A stretch of DNA of 32,000 nucleotides from contig BA000021.3 in the NCBI GenBank assembly GCA_000008885.1, positions 1 through 32,000 of the forward strand, in the 5' to 3' direction. The translations under genes were made by a program, and so were the position numbers. Source of the stretch: Wigglesworthia glossinidia endosymbiont of Glossina brevipalpis (GTDB taxonomy: Bacteria > Pseudomonadota > Gammaproteobacteria > Enterobacterales > Enterobacteriaceae). The notes under the pieces were generated by a model. The model did not search any database. It worked only from the letters and a program-made list of their open reading frames with translations, and had not been told where the DNA came from. Shown piece by piece: positions 1-13,660 of this stretch (positions are counted from its first letter, which is position 1; the number at the start of each line of letters is the position of its first letter).

Positions 1-168
1 GAAACAATATTTTTATATGTTTTTATTATTAAAAATAAAATATAATAAAAAATTATATATTATTTTTTGATAAAAATTTTAATTATTTTATTAAAATAAA
101 AATTGTAATATTTCTAACTAAAAAATTAAAAATAAAATAAATTTTATAAAAATTTAAAAAATCTATCT

Positions 169-174
169 AGGTGA
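169..174 (+). promoter_or_regulatory. Shine-Dalgarno-like site (aggtga) for mnmG
   Basis: The purine-rich aggtga lies 7 nt upstream of the ATG at 182. Confidence 0.5.
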
Positions 175-181
175 AAACAAT

Positions 182-2068
182 ATGTGTTCTTGTTATAAAG
201 AAATAGATATTATAATTGTTGGAGGTGGTCATGCAGGCACAGAAGCTGCAGCAGTAGCTGCAAAAATGAAATGTAATACTATGTTAATAACTCAAAATAT
301 AGATACTATTGGACAAATGTCATGTAATCCATCTATTGGAGGAATTGGAAAAGGTCATTTAGTTAAAGAGATTGATGCAATGGGTGGAATAATGGGAATA
401 GCTGCTGATAATTCAGGAATTCAATTTAGAACATTAAACTCTAGCAAAGGACCAGCAGTACGCGCAACAAGAGCTCAAATAGATAGAAAATTATATTCTT
501 CATTAATTCAAAAAATTTTATCAAATCAAAAAAATTTATATTTATTACAACAAGAAGTTATAGATATTTTAGTGGAAAAAAATAAGATAAAAGGTGTTGT
601 AACTAATGCAGGATTAATAATAAAATCCAAAATAGTAATAATTACTACAGGAACATTTCTAAATGGTAAAATACATATAGGAAATAAGCAGTATGTTTCT
701 GGAAGATCTGGAGAATTTTCTTCTATAAAATTATCTCAAATTTTAAAAGAAAAGTTCTGTTTTAGAATCAATAGATTAAAAACTGGAACTCCTCCGAGAA
801 TAGACTTAAAAAGTGTTAATTTTTCAAAACTAGAATCACAATATGGAGATACCCCTATACCTCAATTTTCTTTTATGAAGTTTGTTGGTATAAGGCCAAA
901 ACAACTACCATGTTATATAACTTATACAAACAAAAATACTCATAATATTATTATAGATAATATAAAACATAGTCCAATTTATAATGGTTCTATAAAAGGA
1001 ATAGGCCCGAGATACTGCCCTTCAATAGAAGACAAAGTTGTTAGGTTTTCCAAAAAAGAATCTCATCAAATTTTTTTAGAACCAGAAGGATTAAATAATT
1101 ATGAAATATATCCAAATGGAATATCTACAAGCCTACCATTAAATTTACAAATAAAAATTATTAGATCAATAAAAGGATTGGAAAGCGCAAATATAACTAG
1201 ACCAGGATATTCTATTGAATATGATTTTCTAGATCCTAGAGATTTAAAATTAACATTAGAAAGTAAAATAATTTCTGGTTTATTTTTTGCAGGACAAATT
1301 AATGGAACTACTGGTTACGAAGAAGCTGCAGCTCAAGGATTATTGTCTGGAATAAATGCTGCTTTAATGTTAAAAAATGGTAGTTTTTGGTTTCCAAAAA
1401 GATCTCAAGCTTATTTGGGAGTTTTAATTGATGATTTATGCACTTTAGGAACAAAAGAACCTTATAGAATGTTTACTTCAAGATCTGAACATAGATTAAT
1501 TATCAGAGAAGATAATGCAGATTTACGTCTTACAGAAATTGGAAGAAAATTGGGAATAATAGAAGATGATAGATGGAATAATTTTTATAATAAAAAAAAT
1601 ATAATATACAAAGAAATAAAAAATCTAAAAAATACTAAAATTTTATTTAATAAGGAAGAAAAAAATAAAATTAATTTAAATATTAATAAATCAGGATCTA
1701 TTACTGCTGAAGAAATTTTACGTCGTCCAGAAATTACTTATAACGATTTGATATGTTATAATTTTATAAAAAGAAAATTAAAAGATGAAGAAATAATAAA
1801 GCAGATTGAGATACAAATAAAGTATGCAGGATATATCAAAAGACAAGAAAAAGAAATCAATAAAAAAACGTACTACGATAACATCATTTTGCCAAATGAA
1901 ATAAATTTCAAAAAAATTTCTGGATTATCAAAAGAAGTTATAGAAAAACTAAATATTTTTAAACCAACTTCTATAGGCCAAGCTATTAAAATATCCGGAA
2001 TAACTCCAGCAGCAATATCTATTATTTTGATATGGCTTAAAAAAAATAACTTAATGTATAACAAATAA
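182..2068 (+). CDS. mnmG: tRNA uridine 5-carboxymethylaminomethyl modification enzyme MnmG (GidA)
   Basis: 628 aa. N-terminal FAD-binding motif [15 protein letters not shown]. Also contains [32 protein letters not shown] and [19 protein letters not shown]. It sits immediately upstream of the atp operon, as in Enterobacterales. Confidence 0.97.
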
Positions 2069-2226
2069 ATAGTTATATGTATATAATAATAATATAATAA
2101 ATATTATAAAATAAAAAATAATTAATTTATAAAAATTAAAGTATTATTTTTGATAATTATAAATTATAATAAATTTTTAAAATTAGGTTTTTATTATATT
2201 TTTTAAATTTTAATTTTTAATAATAA

Positions 2227-3315
<1,089 letters not shown>

Positions 3316-3327
3316 AAAGAGGAATAC

Positions 3328-3813
3328 ATGAACATTAATGCTACAATATTTGGTCAAACTATTGCATTTTTTTTATTTGTTTTTTTTTGCATGAAATATA
3401 TATGGCCAAATTTGATTTCATTAGTAGAAAAGAGAAGAGAAAATATTGCACAAGCGTTGAACGAAGCTAAACAAGCAAAATTAAATCTAAAAATATCTAA
3501 AGAAAAAGCAAAAAAACGAATAGAAAGTGCGCAAATAAAATGTAAAAATATTATCAACGAAGCAAATGAAACTAAAAAGTTATTAATAGAAGAAGCAAAA
3601 AAAGAAGCAATAAAAATCAAAGAACATATTATATCACAAGGTCGTTTAGATATATTAGACGAAAAAAAAAGAATGTGTGAAGATTTAAAAACTAAAATAT
3701 CTGAAATAATAGTAATGAGTGTAGAAAAAATTATAGAGTCATCTATAAATAAAAAAATAAGTGATAACATCATAGAAAGATCTATATCCAAAATAAACAA
3801 AATTAAAGGATAA
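3328..3813 (+). CDS. atpF: F0F1 ATP synthase subunit b
   Basis: 161 aa with a single N-terminal TM helix followed by a long K/E-rich helix. Its operon position is between atpE and atpH. Confidence 0.9.
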   Translation: MNINATIFGQTIAFFLFVFFCMKYIWPNLISLVEKRRENIAQALNEAKQAKLNLKISKEKAKKRIESAQIKCKNIINEANETKKLLIEEAKKEAIKIKEHIISQGRLDILDEKKRMCEDLKTKISEIIVMSVEKIIESSINKKISDNIIERSISKINKIKG

Positions 3814-3816
3814 ATA

Positions 3817-4347
3817 GTGACAATATATGAAATTAAATCATATCTATCTCGTCCCTATGCAGAAGCTGCGTTTAAATTTGCTAATGAAAATAATATAGTA
3901 GATGATTGGATATATATGATAGAAGAAATATGCAAAATATTAAAAAATATAAAAATTTATTCATTAAGCAGTTTTATTTTAAAAAAAAATAAAAACTTCT
4001 TGTTTGAAAGCATAAAAAATAATTTTGATGTTTATTTTAATAATTTTGTTAAAATTATAATAGAAAATAATAGGTTGATTATTTTCCCTGAAATATTGAA
4101 TCAATTTATTAATTTAAAAAATGATCAAAATAATATAGAAAATATCACAATTATTTCAAAATATAAGTTAGATAAAAAAATATTAAATAAAATAGAAAAA
4201 AAAATTAAAAGTTTAATATTTAAAGAAATAAAAATAAATATAAAAATAGATAAATCAATAATAGGAGGTTATATAATAAAATCTAAAAATTTCTTAATAG
4301 ATAATAGCATAAAGAATAAATTATATAGATTTTCTGAGTATTTATAA
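3817..4347 (+). CDS. atpH: F0F1 ATP synthase subunit delta
   Basis: 176 aa with a GTG start 1 nt after the atpF stop codon. The size and position match delta/OSCP. N-terminal [11 protein letters not shown] and C-terminal IIGGYIIKS resemble conserved delta motifs. Confidence 0.88.
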   Translation: MTIYEIKSYLSRPYAEAAFKFANENNIVDDWIYMIEEICKILKNIKIYSLSSFILKKNKNFLFESIKNNFDVYFNNFVKIIIENNRLIIFPEILNQFINLKNDQNNIENITIISKYKLDKKILNKIEKKIKSLIFKEIKINIKIDKSIIGGYIIKSKNFLIDNSIKNKLYRFSEYL

Positions 4348-4367
4348 TAATTTTAGAGGAAATAAAC

Positions 4368-5900
4368 ATGCAATTGCGCTCTTCAGAAATTAGTGAATTA
4401 ATAAAATATAGAATTTCTAAATTTAATGCAGAGAGTGAAATGCAAGATGAAGGAATAATTATTTCAATAAGTGATGGAATAATTAAAATATATGGATTAA
4501 ATAATATAATGCAAAACGAAATGATTAAATTACCAGAAAAAACATTTGCTATTGCATTAAATTTAGAAAAAGAAATAGTAGGCGCGGTTGTAATGGGTAG
4601 TTATTTTCATTTGTCCGAAGGAATGAAGGTTTATTCTACTGGTCGAATTCTTGAAGTTCCTACTGGTAATAATTTGCTAGGAAGAGTATTAAATGCTTTA
4701 GGAGAACCTTTAGATTCAAAAGGAGACATATTACATGATTGTTTTTCCCCAATAGAAACTATAGCTCCAGGAGTAATTGATAGATTATCTATAAATGAAC
4801 CATTACAAACAGGATATAAATCCATAGATTCTATGGTTCCTATAGGAAAAGGACAAAGAGAACTAATAATAGGTGATAGACAAACAGGAAAATCTTCTTT
4901 AGCAATTGATACTATTATTAATCAGAAAGATAGCAACATTAAATGTATTTATGTATCAATTGGACAAAAATTTTCAACAGTAGTAAAAACAGTAGAAAAA
5001 TTAAAAGAGCATGATGCATTATCAAATACAATAATAGTATGCGCAACTGCATCAGATTCTGCAGTTTTGCAATATTTGGCTCCATATTCAGGATGTACTA
5101 TGGGGGAATATTTTAGAGATAGAGGAGAAGATTCTTTAATTGTATACGATGATCTTTCTAAGCAAGCAATTGCTTATAGACAAATTTCCTTATTACTAAG
5201 GAGACCTCCAGGGAGAGAAGCTTATCCAGGAGATATATTTTATCTGCATTCTCGTTTGTTAGAAAGATCAGCTAGAGTAAATGAAATATATGTTGAGAAT
5301 TTCACAAAAGGAAAAGTTAAAAATAAAAGCGGGTCATTAACAGCCTTACCTATAGTTGAAACTCAAGGAGGAGATATATCATCTTTTGTTCCAACCAATT
5401 TAATTTCAATTACAGATGGACAAATTTTTTTAGAATCTAATTTATTTAATTCAGGAATTAGACCAGCCATTAACCCTGGAATTTCAGTGTCTAGAGTTGG
5501 AGGATCAGCTCAAACTGAAATAATTAGAAAATTATCAGGAAATATAAGAACGTCTCTAGCTCAATATAACGAACTTTCATCTTTTGCTCAGTTTTCTTCA
5601 GATTTAGATGATTCTACAAAAAAACAGTTACAACATGGAGAAAAAATAATAGAAATATTAAAACAAAAACAATATTCTCCAATGTCATTGTCAAAACAAG
5701 CTTTGTTACTATTTGCGGTACAAAACAAATACTTAGATAAAATTAAATCAAGTGAAGTTGAGAAATATGAAAATAGTTTATTAAAACATGCAGAAAAAAA
5801 ATATTCTAATTACATGGAAAAAATTAATAAATCATATATTTATGACGATTTTGTAATAAAAAAATTAAAAAAAATTATGGATAGTTTTGAATTTTTTTAA
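4368..5900 (+). CDS. atpA: F0F1 ATP synthase subunit alpha
   Basis: 510 aa. Walker A GDRQTGKS, plus [26 protein letters not shown] and [23 protein letters not shown] agagga at 4355-4360. Confidence 0.98.
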   Translation: MQLRSSEISELIKYRISKFNAESEMQDEGIIISISDGIIKIYGLNNIMQNEMIKLPEKTFAIALNLEKEIVGAVVMGSYFHLSEGMKVYSTGRILEVPTGNNLLGRVLNALGEPLDSKGDILHDCFSPIETIAPGVIDRLSINEPLQTGYKSIDSMVPIGKGQRELIIGDRQTGKSSLAIDTIINQKDSNIKCIYVSIGQKFSTVVKTVEKLKEHDALSNTIIVCATASDSAVLQYLAPYSGCTMGEYFRDRGEDSLIVYDDLSKQAIAYRQISLLLRRPPGREAYPGDIFYLHSRLLERSARVNEIYVENFTKGKVKNKSGSLTALPIVETQGGDISSFVPTNLISITDGQIFLESNLFNSGIRPAINPGISVSRVGGSAQTEIIRKLSGNIRTSLAQYNELSSFAQFSSDLDDSTKKQLQHGEKIIEILKQKQYSPMSLSKQALLLFAVQNKYLDKIKSSEVEKYENSLLKHAEKKYSNYMEKINKSYIYDDFVIKKLKKIMDSFEFF

Positions 5901-5953
5901 TAGAAATATAAATTTTATTTATGAACTTTTATATTAAAAAATAAAGGTTATAT

Positions 5954-6817
5954 ATGTATAATATAAAAGATATACGGCAAAAAATAATTGGAATAAAAAA
6001 AACACAAAGCATTACTAGTGCTATGGAGAAAATTTCTGCCATTAAAATGAAAAAATCTCAAAATCTTTTAAATTCTACCAAACCATATTATGAAAAAATA
6101 TCACTTCTTTTGAATAAATTGCTTTTTCAAAATATAAAATATAAACATCCATATTTAAAAAAAAGACAAATTAAATGTATAGGATATATAGTAGTATCTA
6201 CTGATCGTGGATTAGCTGGAAGTTTAAACATTAATTTATTTAAAAAATTATTATATGAAATAAATAAATCAAAAGAAAAAAAAATCAACACTAAATTAGT
6301 ATTGATTGGATCAAAAGCAATATCTTTTTTTCGTTTTTTTGAAGACGAAATAATATCAACTATATCTGGAATTGGAGATACTCCAAAAATATCAGAATTA
6401 ATTAAGCCAGTACAAATAATGTTAAAAGAATATGATTCTAATATTATTGATAAAATTTATATCATTAGCAATAAATTTATCAATACCATGACTTATGTTC
6501 CTGATATTAAAAAAGTTTTACCTATAAGTATTAAAAAATCATCAATCAAATTTAAAAATTTAAATTATTTATATGAACCTGATTTTAGCTCTTTATTTGA
6601 ATCAATTTTGCCAAGATATATAGAATCATTAATATATCAATCTATTGTAGAAAATATATCTAGCGAACAATCAGCTAGAATGGTTGCTATGAAATCTGCT
6701 ATGGATAATAGTAAAAATTTAATAGAAGAATTAAGTTTAATATATAATAAAGCAAGGCAGTCTAATATAACTAAAGAGCTAACAGAAATTATTGCAGGTT
6801 CTAATAATATTTATTAA
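5954..6817 (+). CDS. atpG: F0F1 ATP synthase subunit gamma
   Basis: 287 aa. N-terminal [26 protein letters not shown] and C-terminal [14 protein letters not shown] are typical of gamma. Confidence 0.95.
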
Positions 6818-6832
6818 AATTTTTAAAAATAA

Positions 6833-8230
<1,398 letters not shown>

Positions 8231-8241
8231 AAAGAAGAATC

Positions 8242-8658
8242 ATGAATAATAAATTTTATCAACTAACAGTAATAAGTGCAGAAAATTTTATTTTTTCAAA
8301 TTTAGTAAAAAAATCAAACATAACAGGATCAGAAGGAAATTTAGGCATCTTACCAGGACACGCTCCTTTAATTACTAAAATAAAACCTGGATTAATCCAT
8401 ATTATTTCCTCTAAAAATATAGAGGAATATATTTATTTATCTGGTGGAATATTAGAAATAAATTCAAATGTAGTAACAGTATTAGCAGACACTGCTATAA
8501 GAGGAAAAGAAATAGACGAAAAAAAAGCAATAGAATCAAAAAAAAATGCAGAAGAGCTAATTTTGAAATCTAAAGAAAGACATGAATATATTAGAGCAGT
8601 AATTGAACTATCTAAAGCTATAGCAAAATTACGTGTTTGTAAATTGTCAAATAAATAA
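8242..8658 (+). CDS. atpC: F0F1 ATP synthase subunit epsilon
   Basis: 138 aa and the last gene of the operon. [11 protein letters not shown] is the conserved epsilon motif. Confidence 0.93.
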   Translation: MNNKFYQLTVISAENFIFSNLVKKSNITGSEGNLGILPGHAPLITKIKPGLIHIISSKNIEEYIYLSGGILEINSNVVTVLADTAIRGKEIDEKKAIESKKNAEELILKSKERHEYIRAVIELSKAIAKLRVCKLSNK

Positions 8659-8847
8659 TCTAATTAAAATTATTAATGTTTTACATTTAAACTAAATAAT
8701 TATTTTTAATATATTATTAAAATAATAAATTAATAATAATAAAATTTAAATAAATAAAATTTTTGTTTATTAATTAATAATTTTTATTTTTTTTAAAATA
8801 TTTATATATTTCATTTTTACTTTTTTATTTTAAATAGATATAGATTA

Positions 8848-10233
8848 ATGAATGTTTTATTACAAGAATTATTTATAATAATATTATCTGCTGGTAAAGG
8901 TAAGCGAATGTTTACTTCTATCCCAAAAGTATTACACAAATTAGCTGGGAAACCAATATTGCAACATATTATTGACAAAGTTTTATATCTTAAAGCAAAA
9001 AAAATTAACATAGTTTATGGATATGAAGGAAAGCTATTAAGAAAAAAAATCATATCAAGAGGATTTTCTTTAAATTGGACATTGCAATCAGAACAAAATG
9101 GTACTGGCCATGCAGTTCAACAAGTAATTTTTAAAGAAATTGGAAATGATAATGATAAAATACTTATTTTATATGGAGATGTTCCATTAATATCTATAAA
9201 TACTTTAAGAAAGTTATTATATTCTCATTCTGGCTTTAACATTAGTCTACTAACAGCAGTGATAGATTCTCCAGATGGATATGGAAGAATTATAAGAAAA
9301 AACGGAAAAATATCAAAAATAATAGAACATGAAGATGCTTTATCTATTGATAAAAATATTAGAGAAATAAATACTGGAGTTATGGTTGTAAATAGATATT
9401 ATTTAAGATTTTGGTTAAATAAATTATTAAATAAAAGAAATAAAGACAAAGAAATTTATTTAACAGATATTATTTCTATAGCATATAAATCAGGTAATAT
9501 AATAAATTCAGTACAACCAGAAAAAGTTTTTGAAATATTTGGAATAAATAATAGATTTCAACTAATGAAATTAGAAAAAATATATCAAATAGAGCAAGCA
9601 AAAAAATTATTATTAAATGGAGTAACTTTATCTGACTATAATAGATTTGATTTAAGAGGAACATTAAAACATGGAAAAGATATTTTTATTGATATAAATG
9701 TAGTATTGAAAGGAAGTGTTATAATAGGAGATAGAGTAAAAATTGGAAATGGGTGTGTTTTAAAAAATGTAATTATTAATAATGACGTTATTATTCATCC
9801 GTATTCTATAATAGAAGATGCTTGCTTAGATTCAAATAGTGTAATAGGACCTTTTGCTCATATACATTCAAAAAGTAAAATAAAAAAAAATGTTCATGTA
9901 GGAAATTTTGTTGAAATAAAAAATACTATTTTTGGAAAAAATTCAAAAGTAGGTCATTTAAGTTATTTAGGAGATTCAGATATAGGGAAAAATGTAAACA
10001 TTGGAGCTGGAACCATAACATGTAATTTTGATGGAAAGAAAAAAAATAAAACTATAATTAAAAATAATGTTTTTATAGGAGCTAATTCAGAGTTGATAGC
10101 TCCAGTAATAATTAATTCTGGAGCAGTAGTTGGAGCTGGAACTACAGTAACTAAAAATATAAATAGAAAAGATAAAATAATAAGTAGAATTAGACAATTT
10201 TCAATTTTAAGAAAAGAAAATAATTCTAAATAA
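8848..10233 (+). CDS. glmU: Bifunctional UDP-N-acetylglucosamine diphosphorylase / glucosamine-1-phosphate N-acetyltransferase
   Basis: 461 aa. N-terminal LSAGKGKRM...IPKVLH nucleotidyltransferase motif, NGTGHAV, and C-terminal left-handed beta-helix hexapeptide repeats. Follows atpC as in E. coli. Confidence 0.95.
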   Translation: MNVLLQELFIIILSAGKGKRMFTSIPKVLHKLAGKPILQHIIDKVLYLKAKKINIVYGYEGKLLRKKIISRGFSLNWTLQSEQNGTGHAVQQVIFKEIGNDNDKILILYGDVPLISINTLRKLLYSHSGFNISLLTAVIDSPDGYGRIIRKNGKISKIIEHEDALSIDKNIREINTGVMVVNRYYLRFWLNKLLNKRNKDKEIYLTDIISIAYKSGNIINSVQPEKVFEIFGINNRFQLMKLEKIYQIEQAKKLLLNGVTLSDYNRFDLRGTLKHGKDIFIDINVVLKGSVIIGDRVKIGNGCVLKNVIINNDVIIHPYSIIEDACLDSNSVIGPFAHIHSKSKIKKNVHVGNFVEIKNTIFGKNSKVGHLSYLGDSDIGKNVNIGAGTITCNFDGKKKNKTIIKNNVFIGANSELIAPVIINSGAVVGAGTTVTKNINRKDKIISRIRQFSILRKENNSK

Positions 10234-10361
10234 TAAGAAATAAATAATATAATTTTATTTTTTAATAATCGGCAAATTAATTTTTATTTATTAAATAATT
10301 TAATTTAGAATAAAAGTTTTTAAAAATTATTGATTATAGATAAACTTAATTTTTTATATTA

Positions 10362-10397
10362 TACATCTTATTTATAAAATTAATCTAGGAAGATGTA
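10362..10397 (+). promoter_or_regulatory. Inverted repeat (tacatctt ... aagatgta) able to form an 8-bp hairpin over the 3' edge of the glmS SD and the spacer before its start codon
   Basis: Positions 10362-10369 are the exact reverse complement of 10390-10397, with a 20-nt loop. The SD core agga is at 10387-10390 and the ATG at 10399. Any regulatory role is an inference. Confidence 0.3.
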
Positions 10398-10398
10398 A

Positions 10399-12237
10399 AT
10401 GTGTGGGATAGTAGGTATAGTTTCACAAAGAAATATTTTAAAATTTTTGCTAACAGGGTTAAATCATCTTGAATATAGAGGTTATGATTCATCTGGATTA
10501 GCTGTTATAGATAATAATAATAAATTAAGATGTATAAAAAAAGTAGGTAAAGTAAATGTTTTAGAAAAAGCAATTTTAAATAAAAAAATGTCTTTTTTAG
10601 GGAAAACAGGGGTAGCACATACTAGATGGGCTACTCATGGACCTCCTACAGAAAATAACGCACATCCTCATATTTCTGGAAATATAGCAGTAGTCCATAA
10701 TGGAATAATAGAAAATCATGAACACTTGCGAAGCAAATTGAAATCATACAAATATAAATTTAATAGTGATACCGATACAGAAGTTATTGCTCATTTAATT
10801 CATTGGGAACAAAATAAAAATGGAGGCTCTTTGACAGAAGTTGTAAAAAGAGTTTCTAGAATGTTGTTTGGAATATATAGCACAGTCGTTATGGATTCAA
10901 ATAATCCAAATATATTAATAGCAGAATGTTTTGGAAGTCCATTAATCATAGGGCTAGGAATTTGTGAAAATTCTATAGCATCTGATCAATTAGCTTTATT
11001 AAATTTATCAAAAAATTTTATTTTTTTAAAAAATGGAGACATTGCAGAAATTACTAATTCTAAAATTAGAATATGGGATAAATTTAACAACAAAATAAAT
11101 AGAGATACTGTTCAAACAAAAATTTCTTTAGATATAAATAAAAAAGGAAATTTTAAACATTTTTTAAAAAAAGAAATATTTGAACAACCTAAAGCTATTA
11201 AAAATACATTAAAAAACAGAATAAAAAAAAATTATATTTATTTATCAGAATTATCGGGTAAATTTAACAAAACTATAAAATATATAAAACATATTAAATT
11301 AGTTGCTTGCGGAAGTTCTTATAATTCAGCAATGGTATCTAAATATTGGTTTGAAAAATTTGCAGGATTATCTTGCAATATAGAAATTGCATCTGAATTT
11401 TGTTATAGAAAAATTGTAATATGCAAAAATAGTTTGTTAATTTTTTTATCTCAATCTGGAGAAACTGCAGATATACTATCTGCATTAAGGTTGATTAAAA
11501 AATTTAATTATGTTTTTTCTATATCAATATGCAATACACCAGAATCTTCTTTAATTAGAGAATCAGAAATTTCTATTTTAACGCATGCAGGAGTAGAAAT
11601 TAGCGTTGCTTCAACTAAAACTTTTACAACACAACTTACTGCATTATTGATGTTAATTTCTCACATATGTTATATAAGAAAAATAAATGAAAAATCACAA
11701 ACAGATATATTTAATGCAATACAAATATTGCCCAATAGAATTGAGCAAATGTTACTCGTAAAGAATTCTGTTAAAAAATTAGTAAAAAATTTTTCTAATA
11801 AAAAAAATGTAATTATTATTGGAAGAGGAGAATTATATCCTATAGCTATAGAAGCTGCTTTAAAGTTAAAAGAAACTTCTTATATTCATGCAGAAGGTTA
11901 TGCTGCTGGAGAGTTAAAGCATGGTACTTTAGCATTAATTGACACCAATACTCCAGTTATAGTATTAGTTTGTAAGAATAAATTATTGAGAAAAACATTA
12001 TCTAACATAGAAGAAATAAAATCTAGAGGAGGACAGATTTATATTTTTTCAGAAAAAAGTATTTTTTTTTCCAAATCTTCTAATGTAAATATTACAAAAT
12101 TACCTTTTGTAGAAGAATTATTAGTTCCTATGGCTTATATAGTTCCAATGCAATTATTATCCTATTATATAGGAATAGAAAAAAATGTAGATGTAGATCA
12201 TCCTCGTAATTTAGCAAAAACTGTAACTGTAGAATAA
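10399..12237 (+). CDS. glmS: Glutamine--fructose-6-phosphate aminotransferase
   Basis: 612 aa. N-terminal nucleophile MCGIVG, two SIS domains (SQSGETADIL, VASTK) and a C-terminal ...KTVTVE tail as in enterobacterial GlmS. Confidence 0.97.
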   Translation: MCGIVGIVSQRNILKFLLTGLNHLEYRGYDSSGLAVIDNNNKLRCIKKVGKVNVLEKAILNKKMSFLGKTGVAHTRWATHGPPTENNAHPHISGNIAVVHNGIIENHEHLRSKLKSYKYKFNSDTDTEVIAHLIHWEQNKNGGSLTEVVKRVSRMLFGIYSTVVMDSNNPNILIAECFGSPLIIGLGICENSIASDQLALLNLSKNFIFLKNGDIAEITNSKIRIWDKFNNKINRDTVQTKISLDINKKGNFKHFLKKEIFEQPKAIKNTLKNRIKKNYIYLSELSGKFNKTIKYIKHIKLVACGSSYNSAMVSKYWFEKFAGLSCNIEIASEFCYRKIVICKNSLLIFLSQSGETADILSALRLIKKFNYVFSISICNTPESSLIRESEISILTHAGVEISVASTKTFTTQLTALLMLISHICYIRKINEKSQTDIFNAIQILPNRIEQMLLVKNSVKKLVKNFSNKKNVIIIGRGELYPIAIEAALKLKETSYIHAEGYAAGELKHGTLALIDTNTPVIVLVCKNKLLRKTLSNIEEIKSRGGQIYIFSEKSIFFSKSSNVNITKLPFVEELLVPMAYIVPMQLLSYYIGIEKNVDVDHPRNLAKTVTVE

Positions 12238-12242
12238 AAATA

Positions 12243-13604
12243 CTATTTTCCTATACAAAAATTAGAAAAAATTTCATTAAGAAAATCATTTGAGTTATTA
12301 TTTATTCCTAAAATCTTTTCTAAACAACTTTGTGCTATTCTTAATTCTTCAGATACAAAATCTGATAAATTATATTTATTTAAAAGTTTTTTTGCATTTA
12401 AAATATTATTTTTAGCTTTTTTTATTTCTAATATGTGTCTAGTTCTAGCTAATATACAACCTTCTTCGTTTAGAAGAAGGCAATTTAAATCTTTTAAATA
12501 TTTTATAAGAATGTCTACTCCTTCTCCAGTATAAGCTGATAATGAAATTATATTATTTTTTTTAAAAATTTTAATTTCAGGAATTTCTTTGCTAAGATCA
12601 ATTTTATTTCTAATGATAGTAATTTTATTTTTTATATTTGAATTGAATTTTGGCCAAATTAAATTTATATCATTTGATTTATCTATGTTGCTATCTACAA
12701 TTAACAAAATATGATCAGATGTTTTTATTTCTTTTAAAGCTCTTAGTATTCCAATTTTTTCTATTTTATCATCAGTTTTTCTCAAACCTGCAGTATCATA
12801 AATATGTAATGGAATATTATCTAAATAAATATGTTCGTGTAAAATATCTCTTGTTGTTCCTTCTATAGATGTAACAATAGCGTTATTATTTCCTGATAAA
12901 ATGTTAAATATGCTAGATTTTCCAGAGTTTGGTTTTCCAATAATTACTATTTTGGATCCTTCTTTCAAGATTGCTCCTCTGTTAAAAGAGCATTGAATTT
13001 TATTAATATTCAATATTATTTTTTCTAAATCATGTTTAATACACTCAATACTAATTTTATTAAAATTTTCTTCTGAAAAGTCTATGTCTACTTCTATTTT
13101 CATTCTTAATTTTTTTATAGATAAAATCAAATTATTAATTTTTTTAGAAAAATACCCTCTTATTGAAATCAATGCAGATTTAGCAGCTTGAATAGAACAA
13201 GAATTAATAAGATCAGAAATTGCTTCTGCTTGTATTAGATCAATTTTACCATTAATAAATGCTCTTTCTAAAAATTCTCCAGGTTTTGCTAGTCTCATTC
13301 CTTTTATAGATAAAATTTCTTGTAATAAAAAATTTAATGCGACAGGAGATCCATGTGCTTGAAATTCTAATACATCTTCTCCAGTTAGGGATTTTGGACT
13401 TTTAAAAAACAAAGCTATTCCTTGATCTAATGTGTTTCCGTTTTTACTATAAAATGGTATGTATTCCGCTTGTTTTTCTTTAGGTAATCTTTTTAAAAAA
13501 ATTTTTGCAATTTTAACTGATAAATTTCCTGATACTCTAATAATACCTATTCCCCCTTTTCCTGGAGGTGTTGCAATTGCTACAATACTATCTTTTTTAA
13601 ACAT
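12243..13604 (-). CDS. mnmE: tRNA modification GTPase MnmE (TrmE/ThdF)
   Basis: 453 aa. G1 GKPNSGKSS, G3 DTAGLR and the diagnostic C-terminal CIGK. Adjacent to yidC as in most bacteria. Confidence 0.96.
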   Translation of the reverse strand: MFKKDSIVAIATPPGKGGIGIIRVSGNLSVKIAKIFLKRLPKEKQAEYIPFYSKNGNTLDQGIALFFKSPKSLTGEDVLEFQAHGSPVALNFLLQEILSIKGMRLAKPGEFLERAFINGKIDLIQAEAISDLINSCSIQAAKSALISIRGYFSKKINNLILSIKKLRMKIEVDIDFSEENFNKISIECIKHDLEKIILNINKIQCSFNRGAILKEGSKIVIIGKPNSGKSSIFNILSGNNNAIVTSIEGTTRDILHEHIYLDNIPLHIYDTAGLRKTDDKIEKIGILRALKEIKTSDHILLIVDSNIDKSNDINLIWPKFNSNIKNKITIIRNKIDLSKEIPEIKIFKKNNIISLSAYTGEGVDILIKYLKDLNCLLLNEEGCILARTRHILEIKKAKNNILNAKKLLNKYNLSDFVSEELRIAQSCLEKILGINNNSNDFLNEIFSNFCIGK

Positions 13605-13660
13605 ATATTTTGATTAAGTATTTTAAAAAAAATTTTTATTGATATTAAAATAAAATTATT

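Noticed and set aside
3354-3800. A 148-aa ORF antisense to atpF
   Set aside because: It is the mirror of a K/E-rich (AAA/GAA) coding region, whose reverse complement (TTT/TTC) has few stops. The product is low-complexity F/I/L/S sequence with no recognisable family and no SD. atpF on the + strand explains the region fully.
8767-8780. Short A/T palindromes in spacers, for example ttattaattaataa (8767-8780) and a 17-nt one near 83-99, and a weak aatgt-ttt-acatt hairpin after atpC (about 8679-8691)
   Set aside because: Palindromes of this length are expected in about 90% A+T sequence. None has a G-C-containing stem followed by a U-tract, so none qualifies as an intrinsic terminator.
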